Shown: positions 1 through 10,589, counted from the stretch's first letter. The stretch is 23,953 bases of DNA from Octopus sinensis (GCF_006345805.1 NW_021836427.1:1-23953), one strand, 5' to 3'. Numbers and translations: made by a program. Notes: generated from the sequence alone by a model not told the origin.

Positions 1-92
1 AATATGTCTTTTGTATTGTCTCCCACAGTTATTCACCCTTTGTTTTTACCGGCTTTGTGTTGCCATTACTAAATGCTGATGCATATATAAAT

Positions 93-180
93 ATACATAC
101 ATACATACATACATACATACATACATACATACATACATACATACATACATACATACATACATACATACATACATACATAC
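93..180. repeat. (CATA)n microsatellite
   Basis: Direct tandem 4-mer; explains the YVCM-repeat ORF 29..244. Confidence 0.97.
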
Positions 181-216
181 GTACGTAGGTATGTACATAT
201 GTATATTTGTATATCA

Positions 217-410
217 AGGCTAACATTGGTTTCATGTTAAGCAAAATATCTTAATATCTTAACAATTTTTCAAGCCGATCTCATGGAGGAGTGGTGTTGG
301 TCTCTATTTTGGATGAAAACACCAAAATGGAGACGAACACCATTCTTCCATGTGATCGGCTTGAAAAATTATTAAGATATTTTCCTTAACACGAAACCAA
401 TGGTAGCTTT
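217..410. repeat. Long imperfect inverted repeat (foldback; MITE-like or hairpin-RNA candidate)
   Basis: 224-312 is the reverse complement of 322-403 with 7 substitutions and one 8-nt insertion; 9-nt loop at 313-321. Confidence 0.9.
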
Positions 411-474
411 AATACACAGATAAAGAAATTTTATCCATCAATGCGGTGTTGAGCACTCATTTGCTTTGCTCGAC

Positions 475-520
<46 letters not shown>

Positions 521-806
521 CACCGTGATCACCATAACCGACCAGGCTATCAGATGTTGCTACACATCGCTGGTAACAATGCGCTTCGCATTGTTTTAGC
601 CTTCAAATGACGCCACCCCGCTGGCTAAGCGAGCAGGCCAACAGAAGAAATAGTGAGAAAAAGTTGTGACGAAAGAGTACAGCAGGGATCACCACCACCT
701 CCTGCCGGAGACGTGGAGCTTTAGGTGTTTTCGCTCAATAAACACTCACAACGCCCAGTCTGGGAATCGAAACCGCGATCCTACAACGCGAGTCCGCTGC
801 CCTAAC

Positions 807-810
<4 letters not shown>
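521..810 (-). mobile_element. tRNA-derived SINE, family C
   Basis: Minus strand begins agtggttagggcagcggactcgcg...ggtttcgattccc (A-box and B-box like); near-identical second copy at 12012-12263; flanked by (TA)n. Confidence 0.8.
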
Positions 811-896
<86 letters not shown>

Positions 897-960
897 TGTG
901 TGGTTTGTAATGTGTGTGTGTGTTTAGTGTGTATGTGTGAGAGAGAGAGTGAGAGAGTGT
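810..960. repeat. (TA)n followed by (TG)n/(GA)n microsatellites
   Basis: Direct; explains the IYIY ORFs. Confidence 0.95.
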
Positions 961-969
961 GTGTGTGTA

Positions 970-1200
970 TAATACAAAATGGGATAAGAACGCAAGACAT
1001 CCGCACAACTAGGTGATACAGAAAGGGACAACAAAACATCCAGATAGACGATACAAAAAAACAAGGACGGGTCATTCGAAGCTTTCTATCCTCAGTCAAG
1101 AACCTCGCAATTTCGGCTGATTAATCTTGAGATTGCTCTAGTCTGGCCAGCCCCAAGGAAAACTAAGCTAAGAGCATTAGATTGCTTGGAAAAAAGCATA
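970..1200. mobile_element. Interspersed repeat, family D (class unresolved, possibly a Penelope-like end)
   Basis: Shares agaacgcaa.acatcc...gatacaaaaaa...caaggacgggtcattcg with 14781-14915. Confidence 0.55.
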
Positions 1201-1263
1201 GAATGTATACGAAAACAAGGACGGAAAAACAGACGATGTTACACGAATATAAATACAAAATAC

Positions 1264-1310
<47 letters not shown>
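1264..1310. repeat. (AAT)n microsatellite
   Basis: Direct; gives the poly-N and poly-Y ORFs. Confidence 0.95.
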
Positions 1311-1313
<3 letters not shown>

Positions 1314-1397
1314 TATAACAACAGGACATAACAACAGGTGTCTTTCGACTGGGGACGAATTGAATTCAGCTGGCGTCTGTGGAAATGAAGCCTACAC

Positions 1398-1429
<32 letters not shown>

Positions 1430-2479
1430 TATATATATAACACACACACTTCCTCAATAAATCTCATTCGAGCGAAGCAATTTTGAAGCAATTTAACAAT
1501 CAAAATTACGATAACAATGCACGGTCTTCTCGAAATTTCCCACTAAATTTAAACCTCTTTATGAGGAATCGCTTCGTTGATTTATAATAGTGCAAAAAAC
1601 AGCCAATCAGTCACAGTTGGTTTACTTTCGTATCCTGCAGTGTTTGCGCGTGCTAATTTGTATCAATCTTGTAACATTTTTTTATTTTCTTAAAATACAG
1701 TATTTAAAAAAAAAATAATGAATCCAGTGCTTTTGTTATCCCGTCATGTCAAATTACATTATCAGATACCACACCAATCTAAAAACTGTAACAAAAAAAT
1801 AGAAGGAAAACAGAAAAGAGTTTTGTGGAATAATTAGGACATGCGTTGCCAATTTTAGAAACCATAATGAATCGATCCGACAAAGAAACATTTAACAAAA
1901 AAAATCGTGTGTGCGTAACACATCTTAACATTGCTACTCAGTGAAATGTGGAAAATATGGAGGCAATGTTAAGTTTTGGGGCAGATGTTATGTCACGGTA
2001 CCAGTTGCTATTATCTGAAGCCATAGGTGTTAAAATTATCATTTTAACAATTAAAACACACTGAGAAAATCTTTCAAACGTTTATTGCTTCTTAAGGTCT
2101 GCTTCGAAGATTCAAGAAGTGATCTTATCTCCATAGCATAAGATAGGAATCAGCAAGGACAGATATCTAGGCTACTCTGGAATATTTCAACACAATCGAA
2201 GGCTTTTATAGGGATGGAACTAAATTCAATGTAAATGAATGAAGGCTATTTTCGAAGCGGTTACTCTTACCCTCTAAAACTTTTATCTCCAAGAAAGAGA
2301 AAGAGATACCATAGTATAAAGCTGCAAAATATTGTCTCACGTTGTTGCGAGTAAATGTCATGGGAGTCTTGAAACGCTACCATTCTGATACTCAAAGAGA
2401 CATGAAAGTCGCCTCCGTACTTCTGAACTCGATAAAATAAGGAACTTGGATCTTAATATTTCCTGCCTCAAAATTTTAG

Positions 2480-2890
2480 GTCTTATTTCAATATTGGTTT
2501 CAAATTTTGACACAAGACCAGCGATTCCAGACGAAGGGGTAAGACGATTACAACAACACCTGTACTCAATTAGTTCTTATTTTATTGACCCCGAAATGAT
2601 GAAAGGCAAAGTCGGCCTCGGCGGAATTTGAACTCAGAACGTAAAGACGAACGAAATGCCTATTTCTATTTCTTTACTACCCACAAGGGGCTAAACACAG
2701 AGAGGACAAACAAGGACAGACAAACGGATTAAGTCGATTATATCGACCCCATTGGGTAACTGGTACTTATTTAATCGACCCCGAAAGGCAAAGTCGACCT
2801 CGGTGGAATTTGAACTCAGAACGTAGCGGCAGACGAAATACCGCTAAGCATTTCACCCGGCGTGCTAACGTTTCTGCCAGCTCGCCGCCT
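2480..2890 (-). mobile_element. tRNA-derived SINE family A: old copy (2480-2660) adjoining a young copy (2661-2890)
   Basis: Core tcgaccccgaaagg...aaagtcgacctcggtggaatttgaactcagaacg; the head ggcggcgagctggcagaaacgttagcacgccgg reads on the minus strand; many copies in this window. Confidence 0.85.
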
Positions 2891-2929
2891 ACGTCCTATT
2901 ACATTATTACAATATAGCATTGTTTTCTG

Positions 2930-3611
2930 GCTCATTCACAAGGGCACACATTTTGAGCCGGGGTTGCAGTCGATTACAACAACCCCTACTCATTAAGAGC
3001 TACGTATTTTATCAATCTTGCATGGTTGAATGGTTAAATGGATCTCGGCGGGATTTGAACTAAGTTCATAAAATAACGTAACTAAATACTATAAGATATT
3101 TTCTTCATCACTCTACCAATTCGGCCAGACCACCGATTTAATTTCAGTCAAAATCTGTCGTATTACTGAATTTTATCAGGATTAAGTTATATGACAGATA
3201 AGTTCTTTCCCAATGGAACTAGCGACAAAGTTTCGATAATTGCTATAACGTCGTATTAATCACGTTGCTAATTTTCCTGGGAAAGGAATCAATGTCATTC
3301 ATTCTCTTATACTCGCATTTTAGGTTTTATTCCTAAATAACCTTTTCTGATTTAGGTACTAAACCAGTAATTTTAAGGAAGGGATGAATCGATGTCTCCG
3401 ATTCCGATATTTGACTAGCACTTTATATTATCGATTCTGAAATAATGAAAGGCAAAGTTAATCTTGGCGGGATTTAACCACAGAATATAAAAATCCGGAA
3501 CAAAAACCGCAGGGTATTTTCTCCGACGCTCTAACGATTCAACCACAGAATATAAAAATCCGGAACAAAAACCGCAGGGTATTTTCTCCGACGCTCTAAC
3601 GATTCTGCCAA
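2930..3611 (-). mobile_element. Two degenerate family A SINEs (~2930-3130, ~3335-3611)
   Basis: Diverged ctcggcgggatttgaac and tgaaaggcaaagttaatcttggcggg motifs. Confidence 0.65.
3476..3605. repeat. Perfect 65-bp tandem duplication
   Basis: 3476-3540 is identical to 3541-3605. Confidence 0.95.
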
Positions 3612-4044
3612 ATAGGAAAAAAAAACAAAAAAAAAACTTACTATATTTGGTAAACTAATGTGCATCACATGGAATGGACTTCAGAACGAATAAAATAAAC
3701 GTAATTCTTGTTTAAAGGTCAAACATCCCTAATCACACCCAGACACGCGGTTCTTTGTTTCGCTTACACTTCGACTTATTTTAGTGAACCTCATTGTATT
3801 TTATTTCGTTGAACGTTAAAATATTAAACGCATGAGGTAATTAAAAATCTAATTAGAGATATTTCATTTATTCGGGTAAGTACAATTTATTTTATTTACC
3901 TTATTTTAATGTTACTATTTTAAACATTTTTAATGATCTAGTCATACGAGGAGCGGTTAGTTACTTCAAACTTTATAGGCCCTCTCTCAAACTATGGGTG
4001 AGATTAATGCCAAACCTAAACATCTTTAGGTCAATGTTTACAGG

Positions 4045-4424
4045 AAAACCAAGCACCTCTATGTAATTGCTTGGCTTACTAGAATCAGTATCCAAATTTT
4101 TACATTTGACCATGCATCCAATTATCATACAAATAATAAGTTGGGCATATTAAACCATCTAGCCCTCGGTACACGTAAAAACGCGGAATGGTCATTGCTG
4201 AACTGCATTTGAACATAGCTGTGCTAAATCAGAGTTAACCTGGAGTTAATAAAATAACACGGGCGTAGCAAAGGGTTCTTAATTATTGATTTCAAATTTT
4301 GGCACAAGGCCAGTAATTTCGGGGGAGGGGTATAACTAGATTACACCGACCCCATGCTTAACTGGCTCTTATACCATTAACCCCGAAAGAATGAACAGCA
4401 AAGTCGACCTCGGCGGAATTTGAA
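4045..4424. repeat. 380-bp local duplication, copy 1 (copy 2 at 8454-8833)
   Basis: Constant offset of 4409, about 8 substitutions, no indels seen. Confidence 0.95.
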
Positions 4425-4501
4425 CCCATAACGTAAAGACGGACGAAATGCCGCTAAGCATTTTGCTCGACGCTATAACGACGCAGCCAGCTCGCCACCT
4501 T
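4281..4501 (-). mobile_element. SINE family A
   Basis: aaattttggcacaaggccag tail, core, and gccagctcgccacctt head. Confidence 0.85.
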
Positions 4502-4550
4502 AACGACTCTTAATTATTAAAATGGATTCACTATTAGACTTCGAATTTGC

Positions 4551-4829
4551 AGTGGCTGTGTGATAACAAGCTTGCTTACCAGCCACATGGTTCCGGGTTC
4601 AGTTCCACTGCATGGCATCTTGGGCAAGTGTCTTCTACTATAGCCTCGGGCCGACCAAAGCCTTGTGGGTGGGTTTGGTAGACGGAAACTGAGAGAAGCC
4701 CGTCGTATATATATATATATATATACACTCAAAATAAGCAACAAGGATATCCAGAGGTAATGCAGTACGATCATTTCATGCGACTCCACTAAATTCAGGT
4801 GCCCCAACTTAAGTACCATATTCATCTGA

Positions 4830-4871
<42 letters not shown>

Positions 4872-5158
4872 GTGTGGGTGTACGTATGTATGTATGTATG
4901 TATGTATGTATGTATGTATGTATGCATGTATGTATGTATATACTTGTGTGTGTCGACGTTTGTCCCGCACCATCGCATGACAACCGACGTTGGTGTGTTT
5001 ATGTCCCCATGAATTAGCGGTTGGGCAAAAGACACAGATAGAATAAGTACTAGGCTTGCAAAGAATAATTCCTGGGATCGATTTGTTCAACTAAAGGTGT
5101 TGCTACAGCATGGCCGCACTCAAAATGACTGGAACCGGTAAAAGAATAAAAGTATGAG
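4551..5158 (+). mobile_element. tRNA-derived SINE family B with internal microsatellites and an interruption
   Basis: Head agtggctgtgtg...ggttccgggttcagttccac (A/B-box like), cttgggcaagtgtcttctactatagcc, and tail ...gatcgatttgttcaactaaagg...cagcatggccgc. Confidence 0.8.
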
Positions 5159-5398
5159 GGAAAGATAAATAAAATAAAAATATCAAGTTGGAAAATTTTT
5201 ATAAGAGATGAAATTAGTGTCTCTAACGAGAAGTAGTGTTTATCGCCACATCAATATGGCTGTTCCGTACGAACCGACGTTCCTACAGTTTTTAACCCCA
5301 GGAAGATCCTCCTCCCGCTGGTTATCGATACAATCTGCACCCGATATATATCGCAAGCAAAGGAACGAATCCCTACCATCTTCTAGCAGACGGCGGGA

Positions 5399-5691
5399 GC
5401 ACTCTTTACTCTTTTACTTGTTTCAGTCATTTCACTGCGACCCTGCTGGACCACCGCCTTTAGTCGAGCAAATATACCCCAGGACTTAGTCTTTGTAAGC
5501 CTAGTACTTATTCTATCGGTCTCTTTTGCCGAACCGCTATGTTACGAGGAAGTAGACACACAAACACACATACATATATACGACGGGCGTATTTCAGTTT
5601 CCGTCTACTAAATCCACTCACACGGCTTTGATCGGCCCGAGGCTATAGTAGAAGACACTTGCCCAAGGTGCCACGCAGTGGGACTGAACCT
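5399..5691 (-). mobile_element. SINE family B
   Basis: Reverse complement of the family B tail and head (gacacttgcccaaggtgccacgcagtgggactgaacc). Confidence 0.85.
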
Positions 5692-5844
5692 CCAGCAAAT
5701 AAGGTGGATCAGAATAAAAATATATCATATGTTAAATAATAATAATAATTGTATTAGGACAATACAGTAGCCTGATTGATACCCCTACTATTGTGTTTTG
5801 AAGTACTGCTTAGATAGGTGAAGGACGGAACTTCGACTTGTTCT

Positions 5845-6001
5845 TTATGTTGGTATACGTTGCCTTAGAGGTTTTCTGGAAGACCAGTTTAATCCATGGT
5901 AGGGTCCATAAGAAGGACCCTGCCATGGTGGTTCAGTTGGTGCATCGGTACGCGGGGTCGGGAGAACTAAGGTGGGACCCATGACTGTCTTCTGCCCCTC
6001 G
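5845..6001 (-). CDS. Candidate exon of an unidentified gene (frame uncertain)
   Basis: Strong acceptor ctccttgtgcttttcttgctgtttttcag ending at 6002; unique, GC-rich sequence; open frames RGAEDSHGSHLSSPDPAYRCTN* or EGQKTVMGPTLVLPTPRTDAPTEPPWQGPSYGPYHGLNWSSRKPLRQRIPT*. No homology recognised. Confidence 0.3.
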
Positions 6002-6172
6002 CTGAAAAACAGCAAGAAAAGCACAAGGAGCTAAAACCTGAGAACCTTTAAATTCTGAGAAAACACTTTGTCAAATTTCTCTTGCAGGCCCTTTTTCCAG
6101 GTAATCACTGGTGAAGCAAATATATGATAACAGGAATTATATTCTTGCATGTTTTTAGTTTAAATTCTCCAC

Positions 6173-6557
6173 TCCTTTCAGTCATTGCACTGTCACCATA
6201 TTGGGGCACCCCTTTGAAGGGTTTAGTCGAACAAATCAACCCCAGCACTTGATTATCTTTTTTATAGTCTGGACTATATTCTATGAGTCACTTTTGCCGA
6301 ACCACTACGTTGCTGGGACAAAAATAAGCATGCACTGGTTTTCAAGCGGTGGGGCGCAAACACAAAAACAAAGAGGAACAGACACACACACACATGTACA
6401 GACACAAATGACCTCTTCCACTCAGTTTCCATCAACCAAATTCAGTTACAAAGTATTCGTCGGTCCGGGTCTATAGCAGAAAACACTTGTCCAAGGTGTC
6501 GCGCAATAGGATTGAACTCGAAACCACGTAGTTGCAGAGCGATCTTCCTAGCCACAC
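6173..6557 (-). mobile_element. Degenerate SINE family B
   Basis: tttcagtcattgcactg... and aaacacttgtccaaggtgtcgcgcaa...tagccacac. Confidence 0.7.
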
Positions 6558-6594
6558 AATGATAATATATATCACAATATCATACGTTTCTTGC

Positions 6595-6900
6595 GCAGAG
6601 GTCGACTTTGCTGTCCATCCTTTCGGGGTCGATAAATTAAGTACCAGTAGCGTACTGGGGTCTTGTGCCTAGAGTAGGAAAGAATATAATACGTTTCTGC
6701 CTTGGAAACAAGATCAGCCATTTTTCGGTAAAGGAATTTAGTTGATAACATCGACATCAGGACTTCAGGGGTACTTTATTTTATCGACCTTGATAAGACG
6801 AAAAATAAATCTTGGCGAGATTTGAACTCAGAACGAAAAGAGCCGTAACGAACACCACAAAGCATTTTTTTCCAAGATATAACAAATCTGCCAGTTCACA
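6595..6900. mobile_element. Family A SINE fragments (6595-6687 plus strand; ~6690-6900 minus strand)
   Basis: gaggtcgactttgctgtccatcctttcggggtcgataaattaagtaccag on plus; degenerate reverse core downstream. Confidence 0.7.
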
Positions 6901-6953
6901 GCTTTAAAGCAGCTGTTTGATAACAGAAATGGTAATATATTAAGATAACAAAA

Positions 6954-7125
6954 GGCGGCGAGCTGGCGTCATCGTTCTGGGTTCAAATTCCGCCGAGGTC
7001 GACTTTGCCCTTCATCTTTTCGGAGGTTGATAAAATAAGTACCAATTGAACACTGGAGTCGATGTAATCGACTTAACTCCTCCCGCAAATTGCTGGCCTT
7101 GTGCCAAAATTTGAAACCAATATAT
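6954..7125 (+). mobile_element. SINE family A with internally deleted head and 19-bp TSD
   Basis: aatatattaagataacaaa at 6934-6952 and 7119-7137. Confidence 0.88.
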
Positions 7126-7164
7126 TAAGATAACAAACATACCCCATGTTTATAATAATTCTTT

Positions 7165-7369
7165 GTAATTTTGGCGCCAGGCCAGCGGTTTTGAGGAGTG
7201 GAGACAAGTCTATTACATCGATACCAGTGCTCAACTGGTACGTTGTTTTATCGATCCGGAAAGGATGAAAGGTAAAGTTGACATTGGCCGAATTTAAACG
7301 CAAAGAGTCGGATGAAATGCTGCAAAGTATTTTGTCCGGCGCGCTAAAGATTCTGCCCAGCTCGCCACC
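7165..7369 (-). mobile_element. SINE family A with 16-bp TSD
   Basis: tttataataattcttt at 7149-7164 and 7370-7385; a further degenerate copy lies at ~7395-7540. Confidence 0.85.
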
Positions 7370-8039
7370 TTTATAATAATTCTTTTTGTTATAGACATAA
7401 GGCCTGAAATTTGAGGGGAAGGAGACTCGTTGATTACATTGACCCCAGTGCTCAGCTGGTACTAAATGTAAAGCCGGAAGAAATGCCCCTAAGCATTTTA
7501 TCCGGCCTGCTAATGATTCTGCCAATACACCACCTCATAATAATAGAAATAATATAACATGAGAGAAGAAGTAGTATAGTATACGTAGTCCTGGTGTGGC
7601 CGAATGGTTAGGAAATTTAATAATGAAAGGCCAGGTTTACGGTATCGGAGGAATATCGTCTCTTTCCATCATTTTCTTGTTCTTTATGTTGTTCCAGCAG
7701 GCGAAGAGAAAAAATTTCATGTGCAAGAGCTATTTACAACTGGTTTATTTACAGGAAAGGTGAAGTGTGCTACTCTCAGCTACCATCTTAAGCTCCGATT
7801 GTGCGGGCGCACATTGCCTCTGGAGAGAGACAGGCAGAAAGCCTCAGGCAGTGGTGGTGTTCAGCCAGTGCTGCTGTGAAGGTAGCGCCAAAAAAGACAG
7901 GTCTGAATCGATTTTCCGTTTATATAGTTTCCATCACGAGCTTCGTTGTGATCTCGCGCATGGCAAATGGATGCAGGTGAGGTCTCGATCCAGTCTCGGA
8001 GATGGCAATGGCTGCCGCGAAATCTCATCCAATATGGCG

Positions 8040-8400
8040 CTGGCTGCTTGTGCCGCTACAGAAGTTTGGTTCGTAACCACGTAGTCCCGGCTTTGATACC
8101 TCTGCGTAACATCCGGTGAAAATGCTGTTTTCTACGGCCTTGGATCGACCCATAGCTTGTGAGTAAAATTCGATTGACAGAAACTGTAAGGAAGCTCATC
8201 GGATGGATTGTAACGGTATTTCAAAAGGTACAGCCTTGTCACACCGCTGTGTCACACTGATCCCGCCTGAGATTTACGTTAAGAATCCACACATCTGGCG
8301 AACGCACATCCTTTTACACGTTCATTCAGGGGCAGGTAATTCTGTTGATCAAAGAGCTGAATCCTCATCGTAACGACCGAGATTCTCCACCAAACTCAAT
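8040..8400 (+). mobile_element. Old diverged family B-related SINE
   Basis: Degenerate match to the family B head and body (gtaaccacgtagtcccgg...ttgtgagtaaaattcgattgacagaaactgtaaggaagc). Confidence 0.55.
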
Positions 8401-8453
8401 GCTTGCTGATCTTGTAACAAATTCAGTTGAAACATTCAAATATTTTGGAGGTT

Positions 8454-8848
8454 AAAACCAAGCACCTCTATGTAATTGCTTGGCTTACTAGAATCAGTAT
8501 CCAAATTTTTACATTTGACCATACATCCAATTATCATACAAATAATAAGTTAGGCATATTAAACCATCTAGCCCTCGGTACACGTAAAAATGCGGAATGG
8601 TCATTGCTGAACTGCATTTGAACATAGCTGTGCTAAATCAGAGTTAACCTGGAGTTTATAAAATAACACGGGCGTAGCAAAGGGTTCTTAATTATTGATT
8701 TCAAATTTTGGCACAAGGCCAGTAATTTCGGGGGAGGGGTGTAACTAGATTACGTCGACCCCATGCTTAACTGGTTCTTATACCATTAACCCCGAAAGAA
8801 TGAACAGCAAAGTCGACCTCGGCGGAATTTGAAAAACAGCAAGAAAAG
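8454..8848. repeat. Duplication copy 2 plus a 19-bp segment matching 6003-6021
   Basis: 8454-8833 matches 4045-4424; 8830-8848 tgaaaaacagcaagaaaag equals 6003-6021; the two matches overlap by tgaa. Confidence 0.85.
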
Positions 8849-10589
8849 TGATATTTTAAGTGATTCGTTATCATAACAGAGGCGGGGAGTGTGCTTGTTA
8901 TGAACAAAAATAATATAAAATTAAAGATTCATAATGTTCAGGGTAATCCCGTTATTATTTTCCATGCGCATATTTGTACATATTAGTCTGTATATAAGTA
9001 ACAGGATCTGTTTCAATAGGCGACTTCATTGGCTATTAAAAGTGTGTTTCAGTAAAGATAGATAAGGGAAAGAGGGAGAGAGAGAGAGAGCTGGGAGAGA
9101 GAGAAAGAGTGAGAAAGAGAACTGGGAGAAAGAAAGAGAAAGATAGAGGCAGGGAAAAGAGACAGAGAGAGTGAGGGTGTGAAAGAGATACTGAAAGGAG
9201 AGAAAACAGTTATTTCTAAGCCGAGAGGGAAAGGCTTGTCAACTGATAGCTCTAAAACAGCTTGTTTTCTGACAACAGCCACTTGACTCATCTGTCTATT
9301 TTCTTCTAATGCATGCACTGTTGACACAATAACCCGTATCTATCAATTACCCACTTGAAACACATTGGTATAAATTGTCTGATTATGTCAGCAGGACAAC
9401 AACTGCATAAAAATAGAAGTGAAAGTCGAGTACGAGATATAATCTGTTCTCCACACGGAAGTAAAATGCAATATATATTTACTATACTTAAAGATACTGT
9501 ATCAATGTGGACATTTTTTTTCTCTGATTTGTAACTAATGCTGTGAATCAAAGTTTTATTGTACGTTTTTCAGTTTACTTTTTATCGCAGTTTCTTTCTT
9601 ATTTGATTTCTAACACGCGGCTCAGCATGATATAGCGATCAAAATGATCCATTAAGACGTTGATCACAAGGGAGAGGGTATCTTGTACCTGTTACTCTTT
9701 ACAGAAGTACACTAGCTATAAATGAAAAAGGGAAAAAAAGAGAGAAAAAGAAGGAAAAAAGCTACTATCATTCAGACATTTGTTTCCCGGGGTTTACAGG
9801 AAAAAAAACAATGAGTCAAGACAAGCCGAGCTTCGCTGCAAAAATAGGCCATTGAGAGCTAAGCGGGTAAAGAAAACACATTAAATAATGTAGACCTACG
9901 CCTCTAACCTTTTGATTATAGGGCGTCTGCTCGATAAGGGAAAAGTTGACCTTGGACTAAACGACGAAAATAACTACTGTACCAAATATTCTACATGTTT
10001 TGACTGTCACGTAGCACTCTCGACAACAAACCAGTTTATTTCTGAATGCACAGAATGATGCATCTCAACAGTGAGATCCAAGCATTTTTGGGTCTGACTA
10101 ACGTAACGCCCAAGAATGCTTAACACACACGCACGAACGCACACACACATACACACACACACACGTACACACACATCAAGTTGTATGTTCTACATAACGT
10201 GAATGTAGTGTAAGAACGGCATAATACCGCGGTATTCATCTCGAGAGAGTATTTCATTTAGACTTATAGTGTCAAAAAAAAAAAAAAAAGGCACAGAATT
10301 AGCAGCAGTACTCTTTTACTTGTTTCAGTCATTTGACTGTGGCCATGTTGGAGCAATGCCTTTAGTCGAGCAAATCGACCCCAGGACTTATTCTTTGTAA
10401 GCCTAGTACTTATTCTATCGGTCTATTTGGCCGAACCGCTATGTTACGGGGACGTAAGCACACCAGCATCGGTTGTCAAGCGATGTTGGGGGGACAAACA
10501 CAAACACACAAACGTATACACACACACATACATACATATATATATGTATATATATATACATACATATATATATTTCTGTTCTTTCAACA

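Noticed and set aside
1340-1380. ctgaa...cgaaagac on the minus strand as a hammerhead
   Set aside because: The core lacks G8-A9 and an NUH triplet, and the stems cannot be built.
29-1447. ORFs with YVCM, IYIY, poly-N and poly-Y runs, and similar ORFs throughout the track
   Set aside because: Microsatellites lack stop codons in some frames; there is no coding signal outside the repeats.
1760-1815. Strong minus-strand pyrimidine tract with cag/tag acceptors
   Set aside because: All frames close within 10 codons and there is no supporting signal; such tracts are common in AT-rich DNA.
3642-3678. Possible 37-nt exon (PFHVMHISLPNI) with a gtaagt donor
   Set aside because: Weak aag acceptor and too short to support.
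5837-7691. 16-bp exact match cttgttctttatgttg at 5837-5852 and 7676-7691
   Set aside because: T-rich, with flanks that do not align in order; plausible by chance in 24 kb.
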